A DNA stretch of 64,000 nt from Trypanosoma brucei (Eukaryota), in the NCBI GenBank assembly GCA_000002445.1, contig CH464491.1, positions 128,001 through 192,000 on the forward strand. The letters run 5' to 3'. The translations under genes were made by a program, and so were the position numbers. Positions 44,244 through 54,113 of the stretch are shown piece after piece. Within the stretch, counting starts at the first letter, position 1. Each line of letters opens with the position of its first letter. The notes beneath the pieces were generated by a model. The model did not search any database. It saw only the letters and a program-made list of their open reading frames with translations, and was not told the origin of the DNA.

Positions 44244-45335
44244 TATGGAATCAACCAGCTCAACGTAATACAAGACAAAGCTCTTACGAGGCCGTCACGC
44301 AATTCATACCAAGATTAATGTCGTTCACTAAATAGGCACCTAGAGGTTTTTCCCCGTTACCCTGTTGTGTCCAAAGATTATATGGAGGAAGACAGTCAGA
44401 GTGTGTATGCACATATGCCATAATCCCTTTCCAGCACCTACAAATAACGAAAAATAAAGTCACCAAGCGCTGGTGCGCCTGATGCAGAGGTATCATTTAC
44501 ATCAAATAAAAAAGGCTGTATGGCCCTAATATTGTCAACGCCAAAAACAAAAACCGTAGAATGTAAAAAAAAAGAACGCTTTGGGGGAAGAAACTTCGTT
44601 GATGTCCTCTCCCTCCCCCTTTTCGTTCAACTCACCTGCCATAGGTAGCTCTGTTCTTGAGCAAAAACAATACTTTGCCTTTCCAGCCCTCTATTCTTTC
44701 CCTTCGTTAATGCTGTCTCTCTTGTCACCTCGTATGTGTATATACATAAGTGTATATTGTTCTGCTCCTCTATACCACATCCGATGCGTGTTTTTGGTCT
44801 GCCGACTCGTTTGTGCACGCACCACAGTCACACTAATAAAACCTGTTGCGCACCGTTTTCCAGTTTTCAGCATCCCAAGAGGCTTTCCAACAGCAATATT
44901 TTTCCCACCTCTTCAACCCTATTCTCTCAACTCGGACGTTTTTGTTACGCTAAAGTGAAATTTTAAAAAAGGAGTATATCACCTTTCTTTTCCTCACCAC
45001 AGCACCATCTTTGACTCATCCGTGCTGGAATCTACCTCCCGCAGTTATGCTGTCCGTGGACAAGTCAAGCAACACAAGAACACAAAAAGGAGTGGCAACG
45101 GACAACAGAAAGACACAAACCGGAAAACGTAGGGAGAAACATTGTAAGCAGCAGCAGGTTCTGCCTGTGTCAATTCATTTTCCTGTATCTTTTTTCCGCA
45201 GTCTGTCTAACGAGCAACAAAAGAAGGGGAAAGATTTACTCACTTCTCTTTTTAAAATAATAATAATAAAGAAAAGGGAATGGCTACCCATCAGAAAAAC
45301 GTCTATTCAAATAAATAATAAAAGAGAGAGCCTAC

Positions 45336-45608
45336 CTATCCTGACTTGAACAGAAGAATTGCAACCTGTCCAAAGTAAAAGTACAGGAAGCTGTGCGTTT
45401 CGTGCGTGACATAACTGCCAAAGTTACGGCCAACAATACAGTGCCACGTAGGTTGATATTTCTTGTCAAACTCTTTTTTTATGTACGCCGCAATATCCTT
45501 CTCAATGTTGAACTTCTCCAAGGCTTGAAGAGCGACCTCCACTGCATCAGACTGCATGTCCTCTGGCATGTCTGCATTCTTAATAATAGCTTTCCGATCA
45601 GTAGACAT
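45336..45608 (-). CDS. DYNLL1: Dynein light chain LC8
   Basis: [90 protein letters not shown], 90 aa, matches LC8 along its length. The ATG at 45608 was verified in the sequence. Confidence 0.93.
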   Translation of the reverse strand: MSTDRKAIIKNADMPEDMQSDAVEVALQALEKFNIEKDIAAYIKKEFDKKYQPTWHCIVGRNFGSYVTHETHSFLYFYFGQVAILLFKSG

Positions 45609-46145
45609 CGTAAACGAACAATATAGCGGAGTTAATAATACTTCGAAGACAGAAAGAACTATATGGAAAAGAAAGATATGGGAAAACAAAATTTGAAGAA
45701 GATTCGAGTGTTAAACTACAAAAAATATTGCTTTATGTATCAGTTGACCGTTTGACAATATATATTAAACTAATTCCCATCTACGCGCTGTGGGGTTTCA
45801 ACCTGAAAACATCACAATATCATACATAAAGTACAGCTTTCCTCTTTTCTTTCGTTTTATCTCCTTCTTTTCCGATATCAATAGCAAACGCAAGGCATCC
45901 TGGTAGAGCCCTCCAACCGCGTAGTCTAATTAGTCCCTTCATTTTTGTATCTCCCTCTATGCGCATGTAGTACCTTAATAGATTTTCTCCTCTCTTTACA
46001 TTTGCAGTTGCCTGGTCAAAACCTGCAGACAATTCCTCCCACGTTCACAAAAATAAAGTACCCTCGCAAAGAAAGAGAAATAGAAAGAAATACAAATTTC
46101 TCTCTTCTTTTAAGAAAAATGAGGAGACTTTTTTTAACCCCTTAC

Positions 46146-46940
46146 TTACCTGAATATAATAAGATTCCTTTCACTATCAACAGACTTCTTCAGCTGCAGC
46201 TTTTCTTGTTCAGCGCTGTGGTCAACCTCAGCACAAGCTGGAACAAAATCCTTCGGTACTTTTAAAACTTTACCTGTTTCGAGCTTTATTTCTTTTGCTG
46301 GGCGTTTCATTTTGTTTTCCCAGTAAAGCTTCTCTTTCCGACGCTTCTCAAGCTCTTTTCGTTTGTTGTTTTCCGGTGGCTGAAAAACGATGGCATCACG
46401 ATCTCCGAAGAATAATTCATGGTAATGGCCGTTCGTTTGCTTCTTGGGGTCAAGCGAGCCGAGTACCGGGTTGTGCGGCATGGGTAGGGGTGTATTCGGA
46501 TCTATTGTGAACCTGATTATTGTACCATGATCACGACGAGGCGAGTGCTCGGTAGAAACCTCCACTCCAGCATCACGCTTCCCATTGGCCTTTCTTTTAG
46601 AAAAGGTAACGACGGCCTTTTTCTTATCAAGAACTTCCCTCATGTCGTCTGGAATCTTAGAGAAAATATGGTCTTCTTCGCGGGAAATATTCTCCAGTAA
46701 AGCAAGAGCATCTGAATGGAGAGAGACACCTTCTTTATCAGAAAGTGTTTTAACAGCACGAGAGACGAATGAAGTTACGTCGTCAATTCTTCTAGCATTT
46801 TCCCTGAATGCGCGTGCAGAAAGGATCCTTCGCATGACGTGTGCAGGGATATCAGCACCTGACGCGACAGCAGGGTCCTCCCCATTTTCATCCGCACTCA
46901 CTGAGCGGTTCATCTCGGGGCGCTCCTCCATCAGTTCCAT
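46146..46940 (-). CDS. Hypothetical basic/charged protein (264 aa)
   Basis: The track start is GTG; the first ATG is at 46940 (MELMEERPEM). Lys/Arg/Glu-rich C-terminus, KRKELEKRRKEKLYWENKMKRPAKE, looks nucleolar or RNA-processing. Confidence 0.55.
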   Translation of the reverse strand: MELMEERPEMNRSVSADENGEDPAVASGADIPAHVMRRILSARAFRENARRIDDVTSFVSRAVKTLSDKEGVSLHSDALALLENISREEDHIFSKIPDDMREVLDKKKAVVTFSKRKANGKRDAGVEVSTEHSPRRDHGTIIRFTIDPNTPLPMPHNPVLGSLDPKKQTNGHYHELFFGDRDAIVFQPPENNKRKELEKRRKEKLYWENKMKRPAKEIKLETGKVLKVPKDFVPACAEVDHSAEQEKLQLKKSVDSERNLIIFR

Positions 46941-48730
46941 ACGCAACGATCTTTTCGTTAACCTTTCTCGATTATATTTGAAGTATATCCTCAACCTAAC
47001 CCTAGAATAAATTGGTAAGGCACAAGAGCTGCTTAGGGCCACCGGTCACTCCCGTAACTGCAAGAACAATATACTAATATACACACGTACATGCACGAAC
47101 AAAAAGTTCTGTTGACACTTACAGTTGCTTAAAATACTAAAACCAAAGACTGGGCTCTAAACCCAAATGCACACCGCGCCTTCACATAGAAACGCAACAT
47201 TTTAAGCCGCTGAGCATGAACAAATGATTGTGTCGTCTCAACGACACATGACCGAAGAGGTGCGCAAGGACGTCCAATGACACAACAAAAGAGTGACCAC
47301 CACAATGACAATCGTTGGGCGGCGCGTTTAATTGCATTACAACTACGTCGGTACCTTCGCACTAACCATACATTTTAGTTCAAGCCAGAGAGATAACCGT
47401 GTAAAAGAAAATTTCCGTCCTTTTTCGTGACAAACGAGAGAAAACAGCCAAAGGCAACGACTTTACAGGGGAAAGGACAGGCGCTGACGAGACCAACAAC
47501 ACCTAGACATTATGCAGTACCACCGCTGGGTCCTGGTAGCACCCTGTAACCCAACCCTAGCCTCACATGAACTGTCTAAAGCACAAAAGAACGCGGACGT
47601 CACCAGTTCCAACATTAAAAGGCTATACAATAGGCTTTCAGTGATCTATTCCTATCACTTGTTTGTCTCTCTTGCTCATCCGTGGGGGAGGGGGGAACAG
47701 ACACCAATACACACCTTTCAGTCGCTATCGCGAGTCGGACTCAATTCTGCCGCTATCGTGCATGGTTAAAAGTCCCCCTGTTGTCCAAATCCCAATCGGG
47801 TTTCACGATTTCGTTGACACTGCGGCGCCGGAGGTGCAATATCTATTACACAAAGTAACGTCCCCTCCGCATCAGACTCATTCTGCGGTTATCTCATACC
47901 ACTTTTTCGCTCTAAGTCTTCGTTATTTTTTTTTATACTAGCTCTTCTTCTTTCCGTCTTTCTCCCTTTCGCGGGTGTGTGAGAGTAACTCACTGTACAT
48001 GGCCTTTCGTGTGCGATCGTTGCGGATAGTGCTCACGTTCCCAACCCCTTACACAGGGCTAAGAAAGCGCGATGCAAGTGGAGAGCGAGTGCGGGATTGG
48101 TGACACCCCTGTGCCGCGAGGAGAAGCTATGCAGGCTTTCGCGAAGTCGCATACATCGTACGATCGGCCCCTTTACAAAACATTGTACACGAGAGTGTTC
48201 GAACCAGCAGCGGTTCAGTAAGTGTTACAACGTTTCCTTCCATTCGTTGCGCCGGCTTATGCCTTCGAGTGTCGCGTGGAAGCGTTGGCCCCTTCACTAT
48301 CAAGTGCACGCTTGATCCGATTGCACGGTGTGGCGCGCACACCGGGCACACCGCCGCTGCCGCGGGCGCCCTCTCGGCACACGAAGTCCATCGGTGCCAG
48401 CTTCCTGCGCTGGAGCCTAAATCCCTTCCCACTGCCATATGCTCCGCAGCGCCCTCCGGAACAACCCCCTTGACTAAACACTCTCTGGCATATACTGAAT
48501 TATGCATCATGATCCACAAGTCTTTCCTCGACTTGACTATAACGCTTGATCACTCCGAGGGGCTGGATAATCACAACAGTTCCGCCCCCACCTTGTACAG
48601 TATCACGTTTCAGCTTCTTTTGTAAGGTGACTGGAGGGTGCACACCGAAGTTGGGCAGGCAGAGGTTGCGTTGGCACTGCCTCTGCTTACGGTTTTTTTC
48701 CAGGGGAAACAATTCACCGTTAGTCCGTAT

Positions 48731-49143
48731 CTTTTTTTTTTAATTCCCATCACAACACCATGTCGAGCAGCGGGTGCCAGCGCCTACGCCGTGTATAGCC
48801 CGTACGTTTCGTGCTAATCTCTTTCCTTGAGATAGCCCGGCGCAGTTCCACTGAATCCCGCGCGACGACGGGCTGGGATTCTCTTCCACATCACCGGACA
48901 GCAGCATCTTAGTGCGGATGATACTGCTGATGACACGCTGGCACGTGCCCAGGAACCGATAAATGAAAAACGGTGTCCCAGCATAACGCTGCTGATCCCT
49001 GTGCTGTATGATGCCGTAGCCGGAGCACAGCAGTGTTCCCCATGAAAGGAATACTGCTGGCTCTTGGCTTCCCCCGATGATACGGGATACTGGACCCTGG
49101 CACCACGTTGAGGTGGCCGGCATCACCAGGGCGTACGTTTCGT
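48731..49143 (-). mobile_element. Short ingi-derived element (RIME-like 5' fragment) with canonical Pr77, bracketed by a 12-bp direct repeat
   Basis: Minus-strand sequence from 49131 begins CCCTGGTGATGCCGGCCACCTCAACGTGGTGCCAGGGTCCAGTATCCCGTATCATCGGGGG (Pr77). It then matches the ingi 5' region including the 2A-coding segment (KMLLSGDVEENPSP). Homology ends exactly at 48812. The direct repeat cgtacgtttcgt sits at 49132-49143 and 48800-48811. An A10 run at 48731-48740 lies 60 nt further on. Confidence 0.75.
49055..49131 (-). promoter_or_regulatory. Pr77 internal promoter of ingi/RIME/L1Tc/NARTc elements
   Basis: Reverse complement of 49055-49131 matches the conserved 77-nt 5' sequence shared by trypanosome LINE/SINE pairs. 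Recognised from memory of the published Pr77 sequence. Confidence 0.75.
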
Positions 49144-49534
49144 ACGAGTCGACCCCGTACATTGAACCCTGTGATGTAGATGCGATATTGGAATACTCCT
49201 CGTTTTTGGCTGATCTACCTTGAGTGAGTCGGCACGCACACTGCCAGCTGTGAGTTCTCGGTTGGAAAAAGATCCTGGAAATGCATACGAAATTCGGGGA
49301 ATCGCCGCATACTGATGTTCATGGTGCATCCGCAGAAACAAATCCGTGCTTGCTCACCTTCCATATTTCCGGACTTGATTGACACCAGCCACGAGCTCTG
49401 CATTCACGCCATCTCGTTGTAATGCCAGCGTGTGTCAGAGTGTTTTTCACTGCCGTAATGTTCGTACTGATTGGTGGAGCTTGTGGCCATGTAAACCGAT
49501 CTTTGTTCGGGTTAGCCTCTCAGGCACAGCGGTG

Positions 49535-52500
49535 TTACTCGCGGGTTGATATTTCGCAGCAACCATTCACAATGCAAGGAGACGGCGATGCGCAAGCTCT
49601 CTTCCACCGTTCGCCAAGTGCCTCCTCTCGCGTCACGCCGCTGGAAGTGAATACGAACTGCAGCCCAATGCTCGCTTTCCTGCTTTCTATCTTTAGGACT
49701 GGTCGCCATAGCTCTCGTGCAGGCGGTTCGATAGCACTCAATGAGCCATTTGCTAGCGCAGTGGGGAGAGACGGCGAGTTGTTGAAAATCGACAGTTTCC
49801 TCATCGTTTTCTCCCGCATGGAGAGGTTCTTTAGTACACTCCGCGCACCAAGCTCCAGAACAATGCATTCCGCTCTGTAACTGCATGAGAGTTTCCCTGC
49901 TCCTGTCTTGGGTGCACAAATCAGCGTGTTGTTTCTATAGAGCAGGGCAGCTGCCCCGGACTTCTCACCGAGGGACACGGATCCATCAGTCCACAATTCG
50001 TAGTGCTCTCGTCGCGGTGGCTCCTTCCCCCTCCGTGCAAAATGCCGTGCAATCCACTTTTCGGAAGCCTCCCTTTTGACATCGTCAGGGTCATCAGCGC
50101 ACACAGGCTTTATCTGCGTGTGAAATATCGGTCGGCAGCTGTGGTGAAGCGTCGATGTCTCTAGTGGGTGCTCGCGTGGCTCAATGTGGAGGTGGGGGTA
50201 GAACCGCATGATGCGGGAATGTAAGACTCTGACTGGATGTTTGCTGTGGTATACTTCCTCAGCACTGCGCCGCAAACATCCGCCTCGTGACTCACACATC
50301 AGCATGAATTTCATGCTGCGCACAAGAGTGGCCGTCTTGAGTGGCAGGAGGTTTGCTTCCAGCAGAGAGTCCTCTTTGCGCGTCCCATGCTGTATGCCGG
50401 CTGTGATGCGACTGGCTTTGTGTTGTGCTGCTGCAAGGAGGTCGCGACTTCGTTTTGAAGCGTCCCAGTACCATACCTCAATGCCATGCATGGTGTGTGC
50501 CTGTACGAGTGCTAGATAAAAAGCTCTCAGCACTTGTCGTCTTGGCCCCCATGTAGAAGCTGAGATGGCTGCTATCTGCAGTAGTCGGAAGTCCATCTTG
50601 CGTCTCGTTTCGGCCGCATGTGTTGCCATCCCCTGCAGACTCTGGAATGTTACTCCAAGAAGCTTTAGTGTCCTGTCAGCTCCTATTCTTTTGCCGTCGA
50701 GTTGTAATGTAAGGGAGTGCCGCTCTATACACCCGAAGAGTGTGCACTTTGTTTTCGCTACGTTGACAGACATGAAGTACTCTTTTGACCACTGTAACAC
50801 CACGTTTAGACCGCATTGTAGTGTGTGGTTGATGACATCCCTCTCTGTGTGCCTCGCAAGTATCGTTAGGTCGTCTGCAAAGAATCCGTGCTGCAGTAAC
50901 GGCACTTCTGCAAGGCGTTGGCTCAACGAGTTCATGACAATAATGAACATGATTGGGCCAAGGACAGTTCCTTGTGGCACTCCTCGCTCAAATGTTCTGC
51001 TTCTGGAAAGCTTCTCCTTGAATCTCACTCTGCCAGTTCGGTTACTCAGAAATGATACGCACCACTTCACAATGTGGGGTGATACCTTCATTCTGTGCAT
51101 TTCCCTCGCAATTTTGTCGTGGTCTACTGTATCAAATGCCTTCTCGTAGTCAACGAATACAGCACCCGTACGAGATTGGTGCGTGGGGCGGCAGAGGGCA
51201 GCGCGGACGTGCAGGAGTTGTTCGAGCGTTGAGCATCCGGGGCGAAAGCCTGATTGCTGCGGCGTCAGCTGGGACTCAACAGTGTCTCTAAGTCTCGCGG
51301 CAATTATGCGCTCCATGACTTTGCAGAGACAGCTCGTGAGCGTCACAGGCCTGTAAGAATCGAGGTCCTCCGCCTTTTTTCCGGCCTTCAGGATGGGGAT
51401 GATAACACCAGTCTTCCATGCAGGCGGCACGACTCCCGTTCGTAGGCTCTCATTGAATAGCCTCAGAACAACATTCAGCGCTGTTCTACCGAGATGTTGC
51501 AGTGCCTCGTTGTATAAGCAATCAGGTCCGGCTGCGGATCCACTCGGTAGCAGTTTGATCGATCTCCGTAGTTCAGCCATCGTGATGGGACTGAACTCAC
51601 TCGCTATCGTCTTTATTGGTGCCGGTGGGTGTGAGTCGGTGTGCCTTCTTGCGCGGGACGAGTACAGTTTAATGAACCTCTCAGCTTGACGGTAGTCCGT
51701 GATGGCCGCGTTATCAACAAGTACAGCCGGTGTGGTTAGTGGTCGTGGCGCATATACCTTCTTGAAAATGTGCCAACTGCAGCGGTCTGACACCGCAAGT
51801 CTGGAGTATAGCGTGCTCCATCTCTTCTTTGTGATACGGTCCAGGATCTGCTTACGCGTGGCTACCAACTTTTCCCCTCGGTGGGAGGGTCCGCATCCAG
51901 CGATCTCTTCATCGAGTTTCGCGAGCTCAGGTGTCCAATGTGGTGACGTTGCTCTGCAGCCACGGGGGACGGAGACCTTCGTCGCAATGCGGATGGCGGA
52001 GCTCAATTTCTGTTCCAGGGTGTTGACGTTCTTCTTTCTACCAATTTTCCTGCAGTACTCGTCAACCTTCAGACGGAAATTCCTCCAGTCAGCTTTTAGC
52101 CATGCGTACATGGGCTTTCGAGGCCGCGGGCAGCTCAGCGCATCTGTGTCGTCTCCAACGATAACATCGAAAAATATGTGATGGTGATCGCTATTGGGAG
52201 AATGAAGCGATGTCCACGTGTACACTGTGCAATTCCTTGACAGTGTCACATCAGGGGTGGACTCCCCGTGGTGGCGCGCGTTCCTGGTGCACTCACCAGT
52301 GTTGCAGACCAGAAACTGGTTGTCAATGCGCCACTGTGTGAGGGTTTCACCCTTGGTATTTGGTGGGCTCGCGCGATCCGATGCCAACGCGTGTGCGTTA
52401 GCGTCTGCACCGATGAGCTGTGAACTTTCAGTCGTCAGAAGCGTATCTAGGTCAGTTGCCGTGAAGGTGTGTTTTGGTGGGATGTATGCCGACGTGACAG

Positions 52501-52843
52501 TCAGCGCCGTTCCACGTGCAAGGTGAATTGTTGCATGCACTTGTTCAATGCGACCAATAACATGCATACCGGTCTCGACTGGTAGGTCCTCCCTCACTAG
52601 TATTGATACACCACCTCCTTTGCAGTTACGAGCTATTCCGTGATGTTGGTAGCCAGCAACGCTAAAGCAAGCCGCCTCTCCAGGCGTCATCCTTGTCTCG
52701 CTCAACAGACAAAAGGCGATCCGCTCATCAACAAGGGTTTTGTGGAGTGCTAATCTCTTTCCTTGAGATAGCCCGGCGCAGTTACACTGAATCCCGCGCA
52801 ACGACGGGCCGGGATTCTCTTCCACATCACTGGACAGCAGCAT
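49535..52843 (-). CDS. ingi-type non-LTR retrotransposon ORF: 2A peptide - AP endonuclease - reverse transcriptase (1102 aa, C-terminal part frameshifted)
   Basis: ATG at 52843, MLLSSDVEENPGP (2A StopGo motif). APE/EEP motifs (LSETR, GADANAH, SDHHHI). RT motifs (QSGFRPGCST, FVDYEKAFDTV, RGVPQGTVLGP, FADDLTIL). The frame breaks after 49535, and RT/RNaseH-like sequence continues in other frames (49123-49919). Confidence 0.9.
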   Translation of the reverse strand: MLLSSDVEENPGPSLRGIQCNCAGLSQGKRLALHKTLVDERIAFCLLSETRMTPGEAACFSVAGYQHHGIARNCKGGGVSILVREDLPVETGMHVIGRIEQVHATIHLARGTALTVTSAYIPPKHTFTATDLDTLLTTESSQLIGADANAHALASDRASPPNTKGETLTQWRIDNQFLVCNTGECTRNARHHGESTPDVTLSRNCTVYTWTSLHSPNSDHHHIFFDVIVGDDTDALSCPRPRKPMYAWLKADWRNFRLKVDEYCRKIGRKKNVNTLEQKLSSAIRIATKVSVPRGCRATSPHWTPELAKLDEEIAGCGPSHRGEKLVATRKQILDRITKKRWSTLYSRLAVSDRCSWHIFKKVYAPRPLTTPAVLVDNAAITDYRQAERFIKLYSSRARRHTDSHPPAPIKTIASEFSPITMAELRRSIKLLPSGSAAGPDCLYNEALQHLGRTALNVVLRLFNESLRTGVVPPAWKTGVIIPILKAGKKAEDLDSYRPVTLTSCLCKVMERIIAARLRDTVESQLTPQQSGFRPGCSTLEQLLHVRAALCRPTHQSRTGAVFVDYEKAFDTVDHDKIAREMHRMKVSPHIVKWCVSFLSNRTGRVRFKEKLSRSRTFERGVPQGTVLGPIMFIIVMNSLSQRLAEVPLLQHGFFADDLTILARHTERDVINHTLQCGLNVVLQWSKEYFMSVNVAKTKCTLFGCIERHSLTLQLDGKRIGADRTLKLLGVTFQSLQGMATHAAETRRKMDFRLLQIAAISASTWGPRRQVLRAFYLALVQAHTMHGIEVWYWDASKRSRDLLAAAQHKASRITAGIQHGTRKEDSLLEANLLPLKTATLVRSMKFMLMCESRGGCLRRSAEEVYHSKHPVRVLHSRIMRFYPHLHIEPREHPLETSTLHHSCRPIFHTQIKPVCADDPDDVKREASEKWIARHFARRGKEPPRREHYELWTDGSVSLGEKSGAAALLYRNNTLICAPKTGAGKLSCSYRAECIVLELGARSVLKNLSMREKTMRKLSIFNNSPSLPTALANGSLSAIEPPARELWRPVLKIESRKASIGLQFVFTSSGVTREEALGERWKRACASPSPCIVNGCCEISTRE

Positions 52844-52975
52844 CTTAGTGCGGATGATACTGCTGATGGCACGCTGGCACGTGCCCAGGGACCGACAAAT
52901 GAAAAACGGTGTCCCAGCAAGACGCTGCTGATCCCTGTGCTACATGACGCCGTTGCCGGAGCAAAGCACTGCTCC
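52749..52975 (-). repeat. Dispersed direct repeat: ingi 5' region (2A-coding), about 95% identical to 48812-49039
   Basis: Aligned by eye: ctaatctctttccttgagatagcccggcgcagtt[a/c]cactgaatcccgcgc[a/g]acgacgggc[c/t]gggattctcttccacatcac...tgctgatccctgtgct. The two copies lie in the same orientation 3.9 kb apart. Confidence 0.9.
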
Positions 52976-53380
52976 AAACAAGAGGAACAATGACGTTCCG
53001 TCTGTGCAGAAAGCGAGTTTATGGGCCTTGGGGCCGCGGTGGTGTGGGTGATGTTTTCGTTGAATGAAAAGGCCCCGCCGCCTCATTCGCGTTGCGCGGG
53101 AGGAAGATCAAACCACCTCAGATGTGAATGTTTTTGCTTACTGAAATAAAGCTGTGCTGTGCCAGTCTCGGCGTGTCCGGTGTTTGCGCACCTGAAACTC
53201 CCCTTTGTGGTGCAATATCTTCTTTAGGGACTGTTCGAGTATGTCGGGGTTTTCAGGGACAGCGCGAACCTACTGCGCGCGGTGGATTGGGCTCATTTTC
53301 CAAGGCGGAGTGGTGCCGGTTCTTGGATGCACGGCCGGTCCGCAGCTGCGAGTTCGTCAGCGCCAGCCCTTCGGACCTCA

Positions 53381-53390
53381 GGGGGGGGGG
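53381..53390 (+). promoter_or_regulatory. G10 homopolymer tract on the sense strand of the plus-strand transcription unit
   Basis: Ten consecutive G (tcagggggggggggaag) about 3.2 kb upstream of eIF5A. G-runs on the transcribed strand have been reported at T. brucei pol II start regions. Confidence 0.4.
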
Positions 53391-54049
53391 AAGTTAGGGC
53401 CTGTTTCCCTTTCTAAATCCCCTCAACTACTGTTGGTTAAAAGAATGCAGGGAGTAGAACCGGAGGGGGGAAGCGTCGGGTCCGCCCCGCGTGAAAGCGG
53501 CTGGGGCGTACGACAGGCTTCGCGAGCTGGGGGCGGTTGTGTTTCGCGTGGGTCCGTTATATTTACCCCTTCCGTTTGTATCTCCACTAAAGAGAAAGTG
53601 GTGTCCCGATCCACACTGTATTGCTTCGCCGTGTGCAATTGCTGTGCCGCTGGGGAGTGCCTTACGGCGTCGTGGGACCGACGTGGCTCGGGGACTTAAG
53701 GTGCGCCCTTAAACACCGTGGCTGCTGCCTGGTCATGTGTTTATGCTTTGCGATGTGAGGCATTGTGGGGTCGGGCCTTTATGCGGACCCCTGAGGCGTT
53801 AGTATGCTTGTTTCTCTCGATCCTCTCTGTTTGTGCGCGTATGTTTTCCCCCTCCATGTTTTAGGGAGGGCGGTGGATGGGGAGATGTCACTGAACAACG
53901 TAGCTGTTGATTATTGCTGCTATGTTATTTTATTTTCCTAAGGCCACATTGTGGTGCCTAAATACCTGGGTTATCGTCACGCGCATTTATCATTTTTCTA
54001 TTTAGCCTTTATAGCTGATCCTTCTTTCAAATACATTTGCTTGTTCTAG

Positions 54050-54053
<4 letters not shown>

Positions 54054-54110
<57 letters not shown>
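54054..54110. repeat. (TA)28 dinucleotide microsatellite
   Basis: 57 bp of perfect TA repeats, seen directly. Confidence 0.98.

Positions 54111-54113
<3 letters not shown>

Larger units (their letters stand above)
49144..52980 (-). mobile_element. ingi-like (ingi/L1Tc clade) non-LTR retrotransposon copy, about 3.8 kb, 5'-truncated (no Pr77) and 3'-truncated/degenerate
   Basis: Contains the intact 2A-APE-RT ORF. Its 5' 230 nt (52749-52975) is about 95% identical to 48812-49039 of the adjacent short element, but the first ~100 nt including Pr77 are replaced by unrelated sequence. No poly(A) at the 3' end. Confidence 0.8.

Noticed and set aside
48127-48519. 130-aa minus-strand ORF and overlapping plus-strand ORFs in the GC-rich interval between the last minus-strand gene and the RIME-like element
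   Set aside because: Multiple overlapping frames are open, which is typical of GC-rich non-coding sequence, and none shows protein-like composition. Kept as a non-coding relic hypothesis instead.
53205-53699. 164-aa plus-strand ORF in the GC-rich flank upstream of the G10 tract
   Set aside because: Gly/Arg/Ser/Cys-rich composition typical of random GC-rich DNA. It contains the G10 tract itself, translated as GGGG, and has no motif.
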